Shown here: positions 47,858-57,671 of the stretch, piece after piece | How the letters are laid out: every line of letters starts with the position of its first letter | Numbering within the stretch: the stretch's first letter is position 1 | IMG/VR virus record: IMGVR_UViG_3300032087_003094 | Location: 10,481-74,480 of that record | Length of the DNA: 64,000 nucleotides | Strand: one strand, 5' to 3' | Origin: a virus | Notes under the pieces: model-generated | The model's input: the letters and a program-made list of their open reading frames with translations, nothing else | What the model was told of the DNA's origin: nothing | Database searches by the model: none | Program-made: the position numbers and the translations under genes

Positions 47858-48811
47858 ATGGCAACTCCAACCAACACAACTAGTACATACGATGCGATTG
47901 GTAATCGCGAAGATTTGGCCGATGTAATTTATGACATTAGCCCAACTAAAACCCCGTTTATTAGCGGTATTGCTCACGTTCCTGCAACAGCAACTAATCA
48001 CGAGTGGCAAACTGATAGTTTAGGCGCAGCGGCTAACAACGCCGTTATTGAGGGTGACGACGCTACAACCACAGCAGCGGTAGCAAGCGTTCGATTAGGT
48101 AACCGAACTCAAATCAGCAGCAAGGTTCCTCGCGTTACTCGAACTCAGCGACAAGTCAATTCGGCTGGCCGTGGTGATGAGCTTGACTATCAGATTATGA
48201 AAATGTCTAAGCTTCTCAAGAATGATATGGAAACTGCACTTTTAGCTAATAAAGCTAAGGTCACAGGTTCTGAGTCGGTCGCTAGAGAGCTTGCTGGTAT
48301 CGAGTCTTGGATAGCTTCAAACACTGATTTAGGTACTGGTGGCGTGGCTCCAACTGGTGATGGTACGGACGCAAGAACATCAGGAACAGACCGTGCATTT
48401 GCTCAAACTCAACTGGACGGTGTTTTGGCTGATATTTGGGATGCAGGTGGTGATCCGGACACAATCATGGTTGGGTCGACTGTTAAGCAGGCCTTATCGG
48501 GTTTGGTTAATGGTGGCGCATCTGGTGCAGCCCAAAGAACTATCGACGGCACCGGGTCGACTGTTAACACGTCTATTGATGTTTACGTGTCTGACTTTGG
48601 TGATTTGGCGGTAGTTCCGAATCGTTTTCAGGTTCAAGAGTCCATGCTTATTTTAGAGATGGATAAGTGGGCTATGGCTTCACTAGCAGAGTTTCAAGAG
48701 ACCGAGCTAGCAAAAACCGGTGATTCAGATAGAGTTCAAATCCTATCAGAATACACTCTAGAAGCTAGAAACGAAGCAGCAAATGGTATTGTTTCTGACC
48801 TTAACGGGTAA
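47858..48811 (+). CDS. Major capsid protein, SU10/DUF5309-like
   Basis: GNREDL.DVIY.ISP..TPF, HEWQTD.L, N.TQI, ELAKTGDS..EYTLE..NE. Confidence 0.9.
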   Translation: MATPTNTTSTYDAIGNREDLADVIYDISPTKTPFISGIAHVPATATNHEWQTDSLGAAANNAVIEGDDATTTAAVASVRLGNRTQISSKVPRVTRTQRQVNSAGRGDELDYQIMKMSKLLKNDMETALLANKAKVTGSESVARELAGIESWIASNTDLGTGGVAPTGDGTDARTSGTDRAFAQTQLDGVLADIWDAGGDPDTIMVGSTVKQALSGLVNGGASGAAQRTIDGTGSTVNTSIDVYVSDFGDLAVVPNRFQVQESMLILEMDKWAMASLAEFQETELAKTGDSDRVQILSEYTLEARNEAANGIVSDLNG

Positions 48812-48826
48812 TCTTAACAATTAGAT

Positions 48827-48848
48827 TGGGGCGAAAGCCCCTTTCTTT
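48827..48848 (+). terminator. Terminator after capsid gene B
   Basis: GGGGC-GAAA-GCCCC followed by TTTCTTT. Confidence 0.8.
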
Positions 48849-48861
48849 AACAGGTGAATAT

Positions 48862-49352
48862 ATGAGCGAAGAAAAAAAGAAACCTAAACCAAAAAAAGCA
48901 AAAGTTCTAGTATTAAGAAATTGCTGTGATTTGGAAGGTAATCAATTAAAGAAAGGTCAGCAGGTTGTAATTAGCTCAAAATCCTTAGATGCTCTCAAGG
49001 AAGTAAAGGCCGTAAAATGAATGGCGTACTGCTTGATGATGATAAGTTTACAGGTATTAAAGAGGTCTATCACAAGGAAGGTAACAAGATTACCATCCAC
49101 AAGAGTGCTGACGTATCTAAAGAGCTTAATCAAAATCAAATAGAATATAATAACGCCTCATCAGGTTGGAAAGGGCATTTTCATAAAGTGGCATCAATTC
49201 CCACTATTATGATCGAGATATGGCGCGAAGAATTAAAGAGAAAAGGTTGTCCAGACGTCAATCCTCTATCAAAAAACAACAGGCCGTTTCTGATGGCAAA
49301 GTTAAATAATGGCGATTACGCAAAGCTTAGAACAAAAGGCGGCAATATATGA
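48862..49352 (+). CDS. Two small head-region genes (48862-49020, 49017-49352)
   Basis: RBS GGTGA before 48862; HKVASIP..W and LRT motif in the second. Confidence 0.65.
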
Positions 49353-49975
49353 GTCTTAACACATATAACAACTTAAAAAAGTCAATTATTAATTGGTCTA
49401 AGCGTTCAGATTTGGATTTGTTGGTAGATGATTTTATAGACCTCACAGAAGTGGATATGTTTAAATCGAGCAGAATTCACGAAGCTTTAGAGATAAGGGG
49501 TGAAGAAACAACCTCAAGCGCCAGTGTTAGCACTAAGTTTTTTGCGCTGCCTGATAACTATCACTCATGGCGATCAATACGCCTTGCTTTATCTGATGGT
49601 AGCGGTGAAATAAACTACAAGGCACCTAACCAGCTGCAAAGAAGAGGCGGCACGGGCATGCCAAGGTATTTTACTATTGGCTCTCAGGTTGAATTCGATA
49701 TAACGCCAGATCGAACGTACACTGTAGAAGTTAACTATTTTAAAAAGCCGGCTTCTTTATCGCCAACACAAACAACTAATATTGTTTTAGATAACCACCC
49801 AGATATCTACCTGCATGGTGCGCTGTATATGCTGTTCAATTACGCTCAAGACGACCAGCAAGCACTAAGGCATCAAGCTTTATACTCAGACGCTATAAAC
49901 GGCGCTAACCAAGCCGATGAAGATGGAAGGTATGGGCCGGCTCCATACGCTAGAATTGACGGGCCTACGCCGTGA
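49349..49975 (+). CDS. Head-tail adaptor protein (module B)
   Basis: Y..LK..I..W..RSDL, FIDLTE, HPDIYL.GAL. Confidence 0.8.
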   Translation: MSLNTYNNLKKSIINWSKRSDLDLLVDDFIDLTEVDMFKSSRIHEALEIRGEETTSSASVSTKFFALPDNYHSWRSIRLALSDGSGEINYKAPNQLQRRGGTGMPRYFTIGSQVEFDITPDRTYTVEVNYFKKPASLSPTQTTNIVLDNHPDIYLHGALYMLFNYAQDDQQALRHQALYSDAINGANQADEDGRYGPAPYARIDGPTP

Positions 49976-51378
49976 CATTTAAAAAAAACATTCCAATTAA
50001 TATAACTGGGCCAAGCTACCAAAGCAGGTCTAAGCCTTTGTCTGTCCAGCAGACTAAAAATTTGTATCAAACAGTTGTAGAAGAAGGTAAAGATAATTAC
50101 GTAATGCAGCAGTTTGCAGGATTGACCCTTAAGGATTCAGCATCAGGGATTGACCGCGGCATGGTTAAAATGAAAGGCGTTCCCTACTGGGTATCAGGCA
50201 ATAACCTGTATTCATTTAATAATCAAGGGTTACTAACCAACTTAGGAGCTATTCCTGGTGGTGATCGATGCATCCTATCAAATGACGGAACCAATATAAT
50301 TATTGTTTCAAGCTCGGGCGTTTTTAAGTATGACGGCGCAATAACCGAAGTAACAGACTCTAATATTACTGGTTCAGCAGCGGTAACATTTCTTAACAGT
50401 CAGATGATTTACACTAAGGACCGGTTATTCACTATTGCCAACCCCAATCAACCAGACTCAGCAAGCGGGTTAAACTCAGCAGCAGCAGAATCTAAACCTG
50501 ATGATTTAGTGATTGCTTACGCATTTCAACAAAACGCCTACATGTTTGGAAAAGAATCAACCGAGCCGTGGTGGAATACTGGTGAAGGAAACCCTCCCTT
50601 AGCTAGGATTGATGGTCAAATCTTTGAGGTTGGCTGCGCCTCTAAATATTCAGTGGATAACACAGATGAGTTTTTATACTGGCTAGGAGATGATTTTGCT
50701 ATTTATAGAGCGACTGGAGGCAATAAAGATAGAGTTTCCACCGCTGCTATATCTCATGCAATTGAGAGTTATTCAAAAATAGATGATGCAATAGGTCAAA
50801 CTTTCACGCTAGAGGGAATTAATTTCTACATGATAACTTTCCCATCAGCCGACAAAACGTGGTGCTTAAATGAGTCCCTTGGGAGTAATGGATGGTTTGA
50901 GTTATCCAGCGGATTAAATGATGGTAAGTACCAAATTACTAGCATTATTCAAGCTTATGGTAAGTTGTGGGGCGCTGATGATGGTAATTTGTACGAGTTA
51001 GATGTTGATGTTTTTGACAACGCTGGCCAAGAGATACAGCGAAGAAGGGTAACGAGCTCGATCAACGGTAAGGTTTTAGGTGCTCCAGGTGCCAGGTTGC
51101 AAATGAGCCGCTTTGAGGTGTTGATGGAGAAAGGTAACGGCCTTGCAAGTGGTCAAGGTGATGACCCCAGGATTCAATTTGAAGTCTCTTATGATGGCGG
51201 GAGATCGTGGGTCCCGAAAGGGTGGGGAAGGGTTGGCCGTAGAGGCGAGTTTGTCATTAAGGTTGAAATGTTTAATCTTGACTCATTTTTAGACTGTATT
51301 GTGAGGCTAACAACGACTGACGCCAATAAATATACTTTGTATTCGGCATCGGCTGATTTAAGGCTTGCGGGGTGGTAA
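49972..51378 (+). CDS. Tail hub/stabilisation protein (gp10-like, module B)
   Basis: AAESKPD, STE.W.N.G, RVST.AI, SYDGG..W; distant paralogue of 14869. Confidence 0.85.
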   Translation: MTFKKNIPINITGPSYQSRSKPLSVQQTKNLYQTVVEEGKDNYVMQQFAGLTLKDSASGIDRGMVKMKGVPYWVSGNNLYSFNNQGLLTNLGAIPGGDRCILSNDGTNIIIVSSSGVFKYDGAITEVTDSNITGSAAVTFLNSQMIYTKDRLFTIANPNQPDSASGLNSAAAESKPDDLVIAYAFQQNAYMFGKESTEPWWNTGEGNPPLARIDGQIFEVGCASKYSVDNTDEFLYWLGDDFAIYRATGGNKDRVSTAAISHAIESYSKIDDAIGQTFTLEGINFYMITFPSADKTWCLNESLGSNGWFELSSGLNDGKYQITSIIQAYGKLWGADDGNLYELDVDVFDNAGQEIQRRRVTSSINGKVLGAPGARLQMSRFEVLMEKGNGLASGQGDDPRIQFEVSYDGGRSWVPKGWGRVGRRGEFVIKVEMFNLDSFLDCIVRLTTTDANKYTLYSASADLRLAGW

Positions 51379-51379
51379 A

Positions 51380-53309
51380 ATGGCTAACGTAAACCCGCCA
51401 CCACAAATAAAACTACCAAAGAAGTTTCAGCAAGACAGGGATGCAAGGATATATTTCGACCATTTAAGTCGGGTTATACTTCAATTATGGGAAAGAACAG
51501 GCGGAAGTAGCGATCTAATTAGCGAGGCCGCAACAAATTTTAACACTAGCTCAGCCTCAGCTATATTTGATATATACAGTAGGATTGGGTCTGACATACC
51601 GGTAACTATCGATACAACTGGATTTACTATCGACAACACAAAGCAAACAACCGACAAAACAGAGGTCTAACCGTGGCTCAACAGAATTTAACAATAGGCA
51701 CAGCAGACGCCAAAGCGGGTGACACTTATTTTGACGCCTTCACAAAGGTTGAGGCTAATTTTACAGAGCTTTACTCTCAAAACCTAACGGGTAGAGTTGT
51801 TGTATCTAGCGCAAGCGATTTAGCTGGTACTTTGGATAGCACTAAAGAATATTTTTTGGATGGCGTTATTGATATGGGGTCTCAGTCTATCGAGGTTCCA
51901 TCAGGCGGCCTATACATCAGCGGCTACAACTTTGATACTTCAAAACTAACATCTGCACAAAGCTCTTACACAATGTTTACTTCACCAACTGGCGGAAGTG
52001 GTAACGTGGTATTTAAAGACTTCGCTATCGAGGTAACAGGTACAGGCTCTCAGGTTTATAATTTAGAATCTGACACAGGAGCAGAAGCTTTTGAGGTCGC
52101 AAGAATAAACTATAACAACTGCACAAGTCTTGGAGAGATTGACAACTACAGACAGGGGTTAGAGATTGGTACTGGTCGTTTTGGTGGATCGCCTAGCCTA
52201 ACCCTAACGGGTGCGTGGTCTGGTGGCTATCTTGCCGAAACGCTAATAGTTAGGAGTCTGACCGATGGGTCGTATTCTCTATTTCAAGCGGGGGCTGGGT
52301 TTGTTATGGCTTCACGGTTTAGAAGCAATATTAATGCTGACCTACCAGCAACTGCAAGTCTATTAGATTTTGCGCCTAGCAACTTTACCAACCCCTCAAC
52401 GCTACAATTACAAGGGTGTATATTGTCAAGGTCTGGCTCTTTTAATGCAGCGGACACCAATTTAACGCCTAATATCGACTCAACAGACCTAGAAAGCTCT
52501 TGGCGTGACAATATCGGCTTACCTAATACATTTGAGGGCGGCACATCAACAATCACAACCGAGACGGCGACAACAGTCAGCGCATCTAGTACTTATTATG
52601 ATTTAGCTGGCACTTGGACCGCTACTGACCTCCAGCACTTTGACGCACCATCTAACGGGCAGCTTAGGCACACCGGCCAATCGCCAATAGAATATAGAGT
52701 ATCTGGAAATCTGGTTATTGATGGGACTGCTAATGATGAAATTAATGTAAAAATAAGAAAATACGATGACAGTGCAGCTACTTTTAGTGATGTTTTAATA
52801 CAGGCTAGGCAGATCAACTCATTAGTAGGCGCTAGAGATGTGGCCTTTTTTACTCTAATCGCTAACGTAACACTAGAACAAAATGATTACATTTACTTAC
52901 AAGTCAGCAATGAAACCGCGGCCAACAATGTAACAGTTGAGCTCGATTCTTTCTTTATGATTGAGACTAGATAATGGCAACTCCAACTCAATTGGCAGAC
53001 AGCGCGACCAACTCGGTAGCTGATACAGCTCAGGCAATCTTTACAGCGCCATCGACAGGTAATGGCGTTTTAATCGATAGCTTTACAGCTGCAAATCAAA
53101 GTACCGCGAATGCAAGTTACAAGGCTTACATAACAGGTCTAGGCGAGCCGGCTACTAATCCAGTCATACCCTACAGAATAGTCGTTTGGAATGAGATAGA
53201 TTTAGGGGGTGGGTTAATAAATCAATTAATCCCTCCTGGGGGAGCCTTGCAAGTAGAGCAGTCTACAGCTAATAGTATTTATTTTACAGTCTCGGGTAAG
53301 GCGGTTTGA
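51380..53309 (+). CDS. Three tail accessory genes (51380-51670, 51673-52974, 52974-53309)
   Basis: GD...AF.KVEANF.ELY fibre N-terminal motif in 51673; beta-rich. Confidence 0.6.
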
Positions 53310-53767
53310 TTTGCGAGGTTTTAAGCAACCCAAAGGAAATAAAAAGCCTTGTTTTAAAGGTTAGTCAATTAGCTTTTGAAGATGGTGTAAATGCCGACAA
53401 TTGGACGCCAAAAGCATTTGGTAATAATTGTTGGTTAGCGATTAAAGAGGAAGGTGAGATATTTGGCTTGGCGGCTTTTAGGGCTATACAAGCGCACACG
53501 GTTGAAATACACATGTATGCAATGCCGAATAAATGCAATAAATGGAAAAGTATAGTAAAATCGGTTTTAGAATGGCTTTACAGTAAAGAGAATATAAACA
53601 AGGTTATAGCGCTAGTTGGCGTTAATCATAAAACCACTTATAAACTTCTAAAGAAAATCGGCTTTACTCAAGAGGGATTGATAAAAGAATCCTATTTGAA
53701 AGATGGCAAATTTCACGATCAATATGTGATGGGTTTAACTAGAAAAGATATAGGCAGGTTAATATGA
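53306..53767 (+). CDS. GNAT-family acetyltransferase (P22 gp14 position)
   Basis: EIHMY, N..LLKKIGFTQEG..K.SY..DG...D. Confidence 0.8.
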   Translation: MICEVLSNPKEIKSLVLKVSQLAFEDGVNADNWTPKAFGNNCWLAIKEEGEIFGLAAFRAIQAHTVEIHMYAMPNKCNKWKSIVKSVLEWLYSKENINKVIALVGVNHKTTYKLLKKIGFTQEGLIKESYLKDGKFHDQYVMGLTRKDIGRLI

Positions 53768-54660
53768 GTATTGGCGGTGGCGCAGCTGACACAATAATCG
53801 ATATAGCAAGCGGTGGCCCTATAGGTGATGCCGTTTTTGGTGAAGAAGGTTCCGATATTTTAGGCGACCCTCTCGACCTCTTTGGTCGAAGAGCTGCTGG
53901 AGATATTGCAGACGCAGAGGCTGAACAGCTAGCCGCTCTAGACGAAGCCACAAGACAGGAAATACTCGCCAGAGAGGCCGCGCAAGGTTTTTTTGAGCCG
54001 TTTGCAGGGGTTGCTGAGCGAGGTGTAGAATTAAGCTCGTTTCTAACCGACCCACAACAACAGTTTGACTTCATTCAAAACAACCCATTTTTCCAAGCTT
54101 CATTGCAAAACGCCAATCGAGCTACTGACGCAAGAGCAGCGGCAGGTGGAAGATTAAGCGCTGGTGACACGCTACAACAATTATCCAGCAACTTCTTAAC
54201 AACGGCTCAACCTCTAATTGACCGTCAATCACAAGGCATCCTAGACCTATTAGGCTTAGGGCAAGGAATTGCAACATCACAAGCTAATACAGCAATCGGT
54301 CAAGGTACTGCATTGTCCGGCCTTGCTCAAAATGCCGGAAACGTGAGAGCAGCATCTCAAGCAGCTCAAGCCCAGAACCAAGCACAATCAACTCAAAATA
54401 TCGCCCAACTAGGCGGAGCTATCCTCGCCGCTTTTTCAGACTCAAGATTAAAAGCCAATGCCGAAATAGTCGGACATGAAAACGGTTACGACGTTTGGAA
54501 GTGGGATTGGAATGGTGACGCTTGGGAGAAATTCGGGCTTCGAGGCAGCTCAAGAGGTGTTATGATCTCAGACGTGCTAGAAAAAGACCCAGATGCAGTA
54601 AGCTATGAAGATGGGTACGGCAAAGTAAATTACACAATGATAGGTGTTAAGAATGGCTGA
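53764..54660 (+). CDS. Ejection protein (gp7-like) with C-terminal peptidase S74-like domain
   Basis: NPFFQ..AAAGGRLSAGDTL; FSDSRLK.N..GV...V....PDAV..GY..VNY. Confidence 0.7.
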   Translation: MSIGGGAADTIIDIASGGPIGDAVFGEEGSDILGDPLDLFGRRAAGDIADAEAEQLAALDEATRQEILAREAAQGFFEPFAGVAERGVELSSFLTDPQQQFDFIQNNPFFQASLQNANRATDARAAAGGRLSAGDTLQQLSSNFLTTAQPLIDRQSQGILDLLGLGQGIATSQANTAIGQGTALSGLAQNAGNVRAASQAAQAQNQAQSTQNIAQLGGAILAAFSDSRLKANAEIVGHENGYDVWKWDWNGDAWEKFGLRGSSRGVMISDVLEKDPDAVSYEDGYGKVNYTMIGVKNG

Positions 54661-55789
54661 AATAAACCCAAACTTACTTTTGCAAATAAGGCCTCAAGCC
54701 GATGTTGGTAGGACTTTCGGTAGCATTTTAACGAATGTGGATAACTTTGATCGAATCAGAGAAAATAGAGAGCAAGCCCCACTAAGAAACCAGTTGCTAC
54801 AACAGCGGGTTGATTCAGGGCAACTCATAAACCAACAGCAGGAAGGAATCAATCGAGAGCAAGCTAACCAAGCCTTAACCCAGTTTGCGGCTAGAATTAA
54901 GCCTATGTTGGATGCAGGTGATACAGAAGGCGTTAGACAGTTGGTTCAACAGCAAAAGGCGGGCCCATTAGGTGGAGCGGCTGATAACTTTCTACAGATA
55001 TTAGAAACTAACCCAGCATTGGCAAAGCAGCGAGTTGATCAAGTGGTTGAGCTTGGTAGACAGTCCGGCCAATTTGGGCAAACTAAATCAGTAGGACAGA
55101 GAGAGTTTGATGAGCTGATAAAAATTGCTCAAGATCCCAACTCAACACAACTAGAGAAAGACTCAGCAAGACGAAAGCTTGGCGACTTAGCTAGAGTTGG
55201 GACGTCTGCACAAGAAAGGATAGCACAAGACCCTGAATTAACAACAAAAGTATCAGAATCTCAATCTCAGATAACAGAATCTAAAGAAATAGGAAAGCTA
55301 TCGGCTCAGTTAAAGTTAACTCCGCAGGTTAAATCAGCAGTAAGCGACGCTGTCGAGCTGTCGAAAGCTACAGCAAAGGTTAACGAGAAAAACAGGTCCA
55401 ACGCTAATACGTTAGCAGTTTACGAGGCTGGGATAGGCGCATTATCAGAAGCTTTAGATATTACAACAACAGGCCCAGTATCGGGCTTATTACCAGCTTT
55501 AACAGCTAACCAGCAAGCAGCGGATGGCGCAGTTGCGGCAATGGCTCCAATTTTAAAGCAAATGTTCAGAAGTGCTGGAGAGGGCAACTTCACTGATGCT
55601 GATCAAAAGTTATTATTAGACATGATACCGACAAGAGCCGATTTGCCAGAAGCTAGAGCGGCAAAACTTAAAAATATTGATTTAATTGTTAGAGCAAAAC
55701 TCCAAGAGCCTGACGTTGTTCAGCAAGACAAAATCCAACAGCCCCAACAGGCCGACTTTTCAGGTTTTAAAATAATTAGCGTGGAATAA
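54653..55789 (+). CDS. Ejection protein, gp20 position (likely start 54653)
   Basis: Gln/Ala rich; FRSAGEGNFTDADQ motif. Confidence 0.65.
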   Translation: MAEINPNLLLQIRPQADVGRTFGSILTNVDNFDRIRENREQAPLRNQLLQQRVDSGQLINQQQEGINREQANQALTQFAARIKPMLDAGDTEGVRQLVQQQKAGPLGGAADNFLQILETNPALAKQRVDQVVELGRQSGQFGQTKSVGQREFDELIKIAQDPNSTQLEKDSARRKLGDLARVGTSAQERIAQDPELTTKVSESQSQITESKEIGKLSAQLKLTPQVKSAVSDAVELSKATAKVNEKNRSNANTLAVYEAGIGALSEALDITTTGPVSGLLPALTANQQAADGAVAAMAPILKQMFRSAGEGNFTDADQKLLLDMIPTRADLPEARAAKLKNIDLIVRAKLQEPDVVQQDKIQQPQQADFSGFKIISVE

Positions 55790-55790
55790 T

Positions 55791-57671
55791 ATGCCAGTCG
55801 CAAAAATACAAGCTCCAGATGGTCAGATTATCACTCTAGAAGTTCCGGAGGGGGCTACTCAAGAGCAGATATTGCAGTTTGTAGCATCTCAGCAAGGGGT
55901 GCAACCAGCACCTCAGCTAACACCAGAGCAGCAAGCAATAAAACAAGATGCTGAGGCTAGAATACAATCAATTCAAGGCGATTTAGACCGTTTAAATCAA
56001 GTCAGACAAAATCCAGACCTGTTAGAGCAAGTATTTGGCGGGGTTGAGGGTTTTCTTGCTGTTGGTAGTGGGTTAGTTTCTGGTCCAATATCTGGAATTG
56101 CTGGCCTAGCTGATGCAGCCAATCCTTTTGCGCCTGAATTTGCAGGAGCGGCAAGACAAAAACAAGTCCAAGAGGCGTTAACTTTTGAGCCTAAGCTAAG
56201 AGCAGGCCAAGGAGCGGTGCAAGATGTTGTTGAGACATTGCAGCCGGTTACTGAGGGTTTGGAGACTGTTAGAGGGAGTGTTGGTGATGACGTCTTAAAC
56301 AAAACAGGCAGCCCCTTTGTTGCCGCTATTGCTTCCACGCTGCCAGATGCAACATTATCTTTGCTAGGGGTTAAACAATTAGCAGGTGTTAAAGGGCTTC
56401 CAGGTCAATCAGCTGCTAGCACAGCTGCGCAACAGCAAGCAACTCGAGCAACAGTGGATAAATTTTCAAAGCTTCAAACACCAGCAAAACAAAAACTATC
56501 TCAAATGATAGCGGAAGGCTCTACCGATGCTGATGTGGTAGGGGTGAAGCTAAGCGCAAACAACCTGAAAAGCAAAATAACTGACGGACTCCCGAGAGTT
56601 GTTAAAGATCCAATTGCTCAAAACGCTATCGACAAAGGGTTAGATGCAGCTACAACTTCAATGATTAAAGCCTCCAGGCCACTTGAGAGGCAAAAGTTCT
56701 TAAAAATGCTAGAGATAGCTGAGAAATCATTAAAAAACAGAAAATTTGGCGCACAAAATAGAGTTGGAGACGTTGCTGGAGAGTCATTACTGCAAAGAGT
56801 TAAGGCGGTGAGTCAAATCAATAAGCGCTCAGGCCAATCCCTAGATAAGATCGCATCCAGTAAAGCCTTTAGAAGCCAATCAATAGATAAAGCTTCTGCT
56901 TTTGATGACTTTGCTAAGGAGTTGCAGAGATTAGATATAAAATTAGATAGGGGTGGGAAAAGACTTAATTTTACCGACTCAGCTATCGAAGGCGGCGTTT
57001 CTGGCGCTTCGAGCGCACAAAAGATACTGTCGTTAACCCTCAAGCGGTTCAACGCTATCAAAAACAGTGGGAACGCTCTAGAGCTGCATAAGTTAAAGCG
57101 TTTTATTGATAAGCAGGTCACCTTTGGCAAGACTCCAACAGGTACGGCTGGAGCAGCGGAAGCCCCATTAAAAGCATTAAGAAGGGCTATCGATGAGGCT
57201 TTAGATTCTAAATTGCCAGCCTACAAAAAAGCTAACGATGTATTTTCTCAAACAAGAGGATCTTTAGATGATTTTCAAAAGGCCGCTGGAACAAATCTAA
57301 ACTTGACCGGCGGTCAAGCTGATAAAGCGCTAGGCGTAAAACTTCGATCACTAACAAACAACACTCAGACTAGGGCTAACCTAATTGAATCTATGGCAAA
57401 ACTAGAAGATGCAGCCATTAGTAATGGTGTTAAGTTTAAAGATAGAATACTTGATCAAGTTCTTTTTGCTGACGATATTGAAACGCTACTTAAAATAGCC
57501 CCGAAAACAGGGCTTAAAGGGCAGGCGACTCAGGCAATTGCCGATGCCGCAACCGGATCAACAACCCAGGCAGGGATAACGACCGCAAAAACATTAGTTG
57601 ACAAGCTAAAAGGCACTACGCCAGAAAAAACAATACAAGCAATAAGAGAACTCTTAGAGGATTTAAAATAA
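55791..57671 (+). CDS. Ejection/DNA transfer protein, gp16 position
   Basis: APDGQ..VPEGAT N-terminus like 19295; long helical body. Confidence 0.65.
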   Translation: MPVAKIQAPDGQIITLEVPEGATQEQILQFVASQQGVQPAPQLTPEQQAIKQDAEARIQSIQGDLDRLNQVRQNPDLLEQVFGGVEGFLAVGSGLVSGPISGIAGLADAANPFAPEFAGAARQKQVQEALTFEPKLRAGQGAVQDVVETLQPVTEGLETVRGSVGDDVLNKTGSPFVAAIASTLPDATLSLLGVKQLAGVKGLPGQSAASTAAQQQATRATVDKFSKLQTPAKQKLSQMIAEGSTDADVVGVKLSANNLKSKITDGLPRVVKDPIAQNAIDKGLDAATTSMIKASRPLERQKFLKMLEIAEKSLKNRKFGAQNRVGDVAGESLLQRVKAVSQINKRSGQSLDKIASSKAFRSQSIDKASAFDDFAKELQRLDIKLDRGGKRLNFTDSAIEGGVSGASSAQKILSLTLKRFNAIKNSGNALELHKLKRFIDKQVTFGKTPTGTAGAAEAPLKALRRAIDEALDSKLPAYKKANDVFSQTRGSLDDFQKAAGTNLNLTGGQADKALGVKLRSLTNNTQTRANLIESMAKLEDAAISNGVKFKDRILDQVLFADDIETLLKIAPKTGLKGQATQAIADAATGSTTQAGITTAKTLVDKLKGTTPEKTIQAIRELLEDLK

